The notes below the pieces were generated by a model. The model searched no databases. It saw only the letters and a program-made list of their open reading frames with translations, and was not told the DNA's origin. 40,589 bases of DNA from positions 1-40,589 of the forward strand of contig NW_021832501.1 of assembly GCF_006345805.1 (NCBI RefSeq), written 5' to 3'. The stretch is from Octopus sinensis (Eukaryota). How positions within the stretch are numbered: the first letter of the stretch is position 1; every line of letters begins with the position of its first letter. A program made the translations under genes and the position numbers. Of this stretch, positions 36,628 through 40,589 are shown in pieces.

Positions 36628-37214
36628 ATTCTGCCAGCTCGGCGCCTTACAAAGTAAACATATTAACCAATCCAATATACGCTATATACACCGGTGAGAG
36701 AATATCTACATGGTCGTACGTCTTCCTAGAAATAGTAGCTATATCAGTTCCAAATCATAGTCTATATCTTAAACATCGCGAAGTGCGCAAAGTGTAATGA
36801 ATTACTGTCACAATATTCTCTATTACAAGAAAGACGAGATGGTCATTTCTGGAACATTTTTGATAATAAGTCTTCTTAATCACGACTGACCTGGGGGCTA
36901 AATAATAAAAACAGCAACCAGAATCTAACACATGAAGTCGATATAATACAATATTTAATTAACATATGTTGCAATGCTAATGTTAGAAGCGTGATTACAG
37001 AGACGTGTACTAAAATTATATTATTATGTTGTATAGAAATATACGGCATATTAATTGAGTTATAAGGATAAAAAGTTCTCTTCATTGTTGCATTAATTTT
37101 CTAGAACTATTTAATAATTTTTTTTTTATTCTTCGTTGTTTATATCTATCGCAACACCAGTTTCTTCTACTCCTCCTCCTCTACTGCTTCTCTATCGTTT
37201 TCTTTCTTTCTCTC

Positions 37215-37232
37215 TTTCTCTTTATATATAAG

Positions 37233-37278
<46 letters not shown>

Positions 37279-37557
37279 ATATGTATGCATTTATATATAT
37301 ATGAATATATGAATATTTATATATAACTATGCATATATGTGTATTTATATATATATATACACATACGCATATATATATATATATATGCATGTGTGTGTAC
37401 ATATACTTACGTACATATATATATATAACATATACATGTAAAAATATATACATATATATGTTTATATATATATATATGTGTGTGTATGTATATATATATA
37501 TATATGTATATGTATATATATATGTATATATATATATATATATATGTATGTATATAT

Positions 37558-37604
<47 letters not shown>

Positions 37605-37649
37605 TATACACACACATACACACACACACTCACACACACACTCGCACAC

Positions 37650-37689
<40 letters not shown>

Positions 37690-37691
37690 AC

Positions 37692-37722
<31 letters not shown>
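37215..37722. repeat. (TA)n / (CA)n microsatellite block
   Basis: Seen directly. Confidence 0.95.
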
Positions 37723-37723
<1 letters not shown>

Positions 37724-38218
37724 GTCAACAAACGAGATCAATATAGAAGACACTTCGTAACGCTAAAATGAATTGAAAATACACTCTGAAATTTTTGCCG
37801 AGAACTTTGGCAATAATAGAAATCCAGGTGAGCAGATACGGAAGATAATGATGCAAATAAACAAAGAAAATCCTCTGCGTTATATATACAAAATATACAT
37901 TCATATAGACTTGTAAACAGAGTGAAAGTCAAGTCTCAATATATTCAATCGATGAGTATTCATGTCTAAATATATAGCTATTATATATTAAGAGAGCAGT
38001 CGTATACTGAGTAAAAAGACAAAGGAAATTAAAGAGAAAAGAGATGGTGTTATATGTCTGACAGCTGTTTTTGTGGGCTCGGAATTACTTCGAAATGTTG
38101 GCAGATGTTGTCCACAATAGTGTTATGCAACCAGTAACAGTGGGAGCATATAAACATTAGATAGATCCGGTCCCCGTCTTAAGAGTCCAGAGATAAGAGA
38201 TTTATGTATGTATGTATG

Positions 38219-38300
<82 letters not shown>

Positions 38301-38555
38301 GTATGTATGTATATATATTCTAGTTCCTATTAGACTTGATAAACTAGTCTATAAATTAGAACTAAACCCCACCCCAATAGTAAATCTGAATAACAAAATA
38401 AAATCAATGATAAGCAGTGTCTTCCTGTCAAAAAATATCAGTTACAATTATGATGTTGTTTATGAAACATGTTCTTTGTCTATCTACTTATCCTCTTTGT
38501 GATTTTGGATACTACACAAATGAATCCTTCGAATTTAATTAAATTCTATATTTTT

Positions 38556-38645
38556 ATGCAGCTGAAGATTACTCTACATTTTAAAATTGATGTAATATTT
38601 GCATTGTTCAATTAAATGGAGTGGCATGAAACGCTCGTACTACAT
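38556..38645 (+). ncRNA. Degenerate hammerhead-like motif
   Basis: ATGCAG-CTGAAGA-TTACTC...GAGTGGCAT-GAAA-C gctc G-TA-CTACAT; stem I has 5 of 6 pairs and the stem II junction has 3 extra nt. Confidence 0.5.
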
Positions 38646-38763
38646 TACCTCTGGATATCCTTGTTGCTTATTTCAATTGTAATCACCCCATTTTGAATTA
38701 TATGGATAATTCTGGTGCCTTTAACTTGAGTACCATATTCAACTGAATCTAAATTTTACTGAA

Positions 38764-38805
<42 letters not shown>

Positions 38806-38927
38806 GGTTCGGTTAATATAGAAGCTATTGTTACCTCTTGCACCTCTTCCCATACATACATAGATATATATACATACATACATACATACATACATACATA
38901 CATACATAAATACATGCATATATTTAT

Positions 38928-39237
38928 ATTTTTTTTTTCTAGTTTCAGCTCAGAGCTGCGGCCATGCTGATGCACCGCCGTTTTGTGCAACACTGTTATT
39001 ACGAAGAACTTCGTCTAATATGTGGCACTTGGTGAAGAATGGAGTTTGATATAGCTACTCTCATTTGCAGCTCTTGCTGTAGGTAGGTTCATCTGGGACT
39101 CTCGACAGGAAGATGTCCAGCTTTGATTTAAAAACCGCTACATCTACTTTGTGCAAGTTCCTCAGACTCTTTGGGAGAATATTAAAAAGCTGTGGTCCCT
39201 TGAAACCCAGGCTGTTGCAGAAGCTGGTCCTGAAGCG
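38928..39237 (-). mobile_element. 3' end of a second CR1-group LINE family
   Basis: [26 protein letters not shown]...[17 protein letters not shown] is homologous to GPALFNITPK...FKKSLDRFLQEIPDKP of the 9-11 kb LINE; UTR ends CATGGCCGCAGCTCTGAGCTGAAACTAG-An. Confidence 0.85.
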
Positions 39238-39335
39238 TATATATGAGTATATATATATACTCATATATATACATATGTATATATATACATATATGTATGT
39301 ATATATATATATATGCATACATATATATGTATATA

Positions 39336-39388
<53 letters not shown>

Positions 39389-39409
39389 TGCATATATATG
39401 TATATATAT

Positions 39410-39463
<54 letters not shown>

Positions 39464-39865
39464 TGTTATATTAATATTTGGATGCAATGTATAAGAATTT
39501 TAATGCATCGCTAGACGCGTTTCCTCAAATCACGTCTATTAAGATCGCAGTCCATATTCCTGTGATTAATGCAGTGTAGTCCGTAATATCCGTTCGCATC
39601 GTGTTGATCATCTTCATGGGTTCACCTCTTCAGGCGATATAACATTAGTGGATGTACAACAGAGGGATGATTATCTATTTTCACCCGTATGTTCATAAAT
39701 TCCATCCAAGATTATTGTTATTATTACCATATTTATCCAACGTTATATCGATGTAGCCGCAAAAAACTTGTTCACCAGTCAGTATCGTTAGACAGTGGCC
39801 GGCATAATAAAATAGGAGTTTATTTGCGTATTGAAAATGTTAACCGAAAACAAATTATATATATA

Positions 39866-39896
<31 letters not shown>

Positions 39897-39970
39897 CCTG
39901 GTTAGTTACCAATCTATAGAAAGTTCAACTATAAGGTAACCAGTTAAACCGGGGTTCATATATCTATATT

Positions 39971-40090
39971 TAAAGGATAAGGAAAAAATGGAGAGGTAAT
40001 TAATAAAATTATTCATTAATTATGAAATATGACAATTATAATTAATAAATAATTTTATTAATTACCTCTCCATTTTCTCCTTATTCTTTA
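39971..40090. repeat. Inverted repeat with about 53-bp arms
   Basis: 39971-40023 pairs with 40038-40090 with a few mismatches. Confidence 0.85.
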
Positions 40091-40125
40091 TATGCATACA
40101 TACACACACACACACACATACACAC

Positions 40126-40188
<63 letters not shown>

Positions 40189-40189
40189 C

Positions 40190-40243
<54 letters not shown>

Positions 40244-40247
40244 GATT

Positions 40248-40356
40248 AGAAAATGGAGGAAAAATAACAATCAGAAGTGTGTCATTTTCGCTAGAAAAAT
40301 AATGGCTATCTAGCGCAAAAAACACACTTCTTATTGTTATTTTTCCTCCATTTTCT
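40248..40356. repeat. Inverted repeat with about 48-bp arms
   Basis: 40248-40295 pairs with 40309-40356. Confidence 0.85.
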
Positions 40357-40358
40357 TA

Positions 40359-40589
40359 TCTCTCTATATATAAACGGCAGTTTGTCTGTGTGTGATTCTG
40401 TGTGTCTGTTTGGTTGTACCCTCACCCTGACCACTGCTTTCAACCGATTCTGATGAACTTGACACACACATAGCCCAATGTCATAATTCAAAACTAACGC
40501 AGCGAAATTTGAAAAGTTCCCCAGTTCTGAAAAAAAATCGATAAATTCGACATGGGGTCGAGAATTAGAAACACAAACCACAGACTGTC
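40359..40589 (+). mobile_element. Non-autonomous Helitron-like element, 5' part (runs off the window)
   Basis: A|TCTCTCTATATATAAA start followed by TTGTCTGTGTGTG, like the 5' end of 5594-5986. Confidence 0.6.

Noticed and set aside
961-40325. Dozens of ORFs rich in YI, CV, HT, MYVC or LSIY
   Set aside because: Translations of (TA)n, (CA)n, (TATG)n and (CTAT)n microsatellites, which lack stop codons.
1-40589. CRISPR array, prokaryotic operon or defence system
   Set aside because: Eukaryotic repeat landscape; no regularly spaced repeat-spacer array and no gene-dense region.

Overview
AT-rich, microsatellite-dense eukaryotic DNA with no intact host protein-coding gene that I can support. The SINE and LINE families look like those of Octopus or another cephalopod (pattern recognition, no database search). 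Nearly all ORFs in the track are microsatellite read-through. The real content is a stack of mobile elements: a 5'-truncated CR1-group LINE (about 9.0-11.0 kb), Dong/R4-like, L1/Tx1-like and RTE-like LINE fragments, four tRNA-derived SINE families (one occurs as dimers and a trimer), mariner and Tc1 relics, two non-autonomous Helitron-like elements and a possible solo LTR. The strongest signal is a set of minimal type I hammerhead ribozyme motifs. A 367-bp unit at 1.67-2.58 kb occurs in tandem and as an inverted copy, with one hammerhead per copy (Penelope pseudo-LTR or retrozyme architecture; predicted 367-nt self-excising RNA). An unrelated fold-back element at 28.6-28.8 kb carries a canonical hammerhead core, and several more decayed motifs are scattered through the window. 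The window also appears to hold the LINE partners of two SINE families, recognisable by shared 3' tails, one with a co-varying stem-loop.
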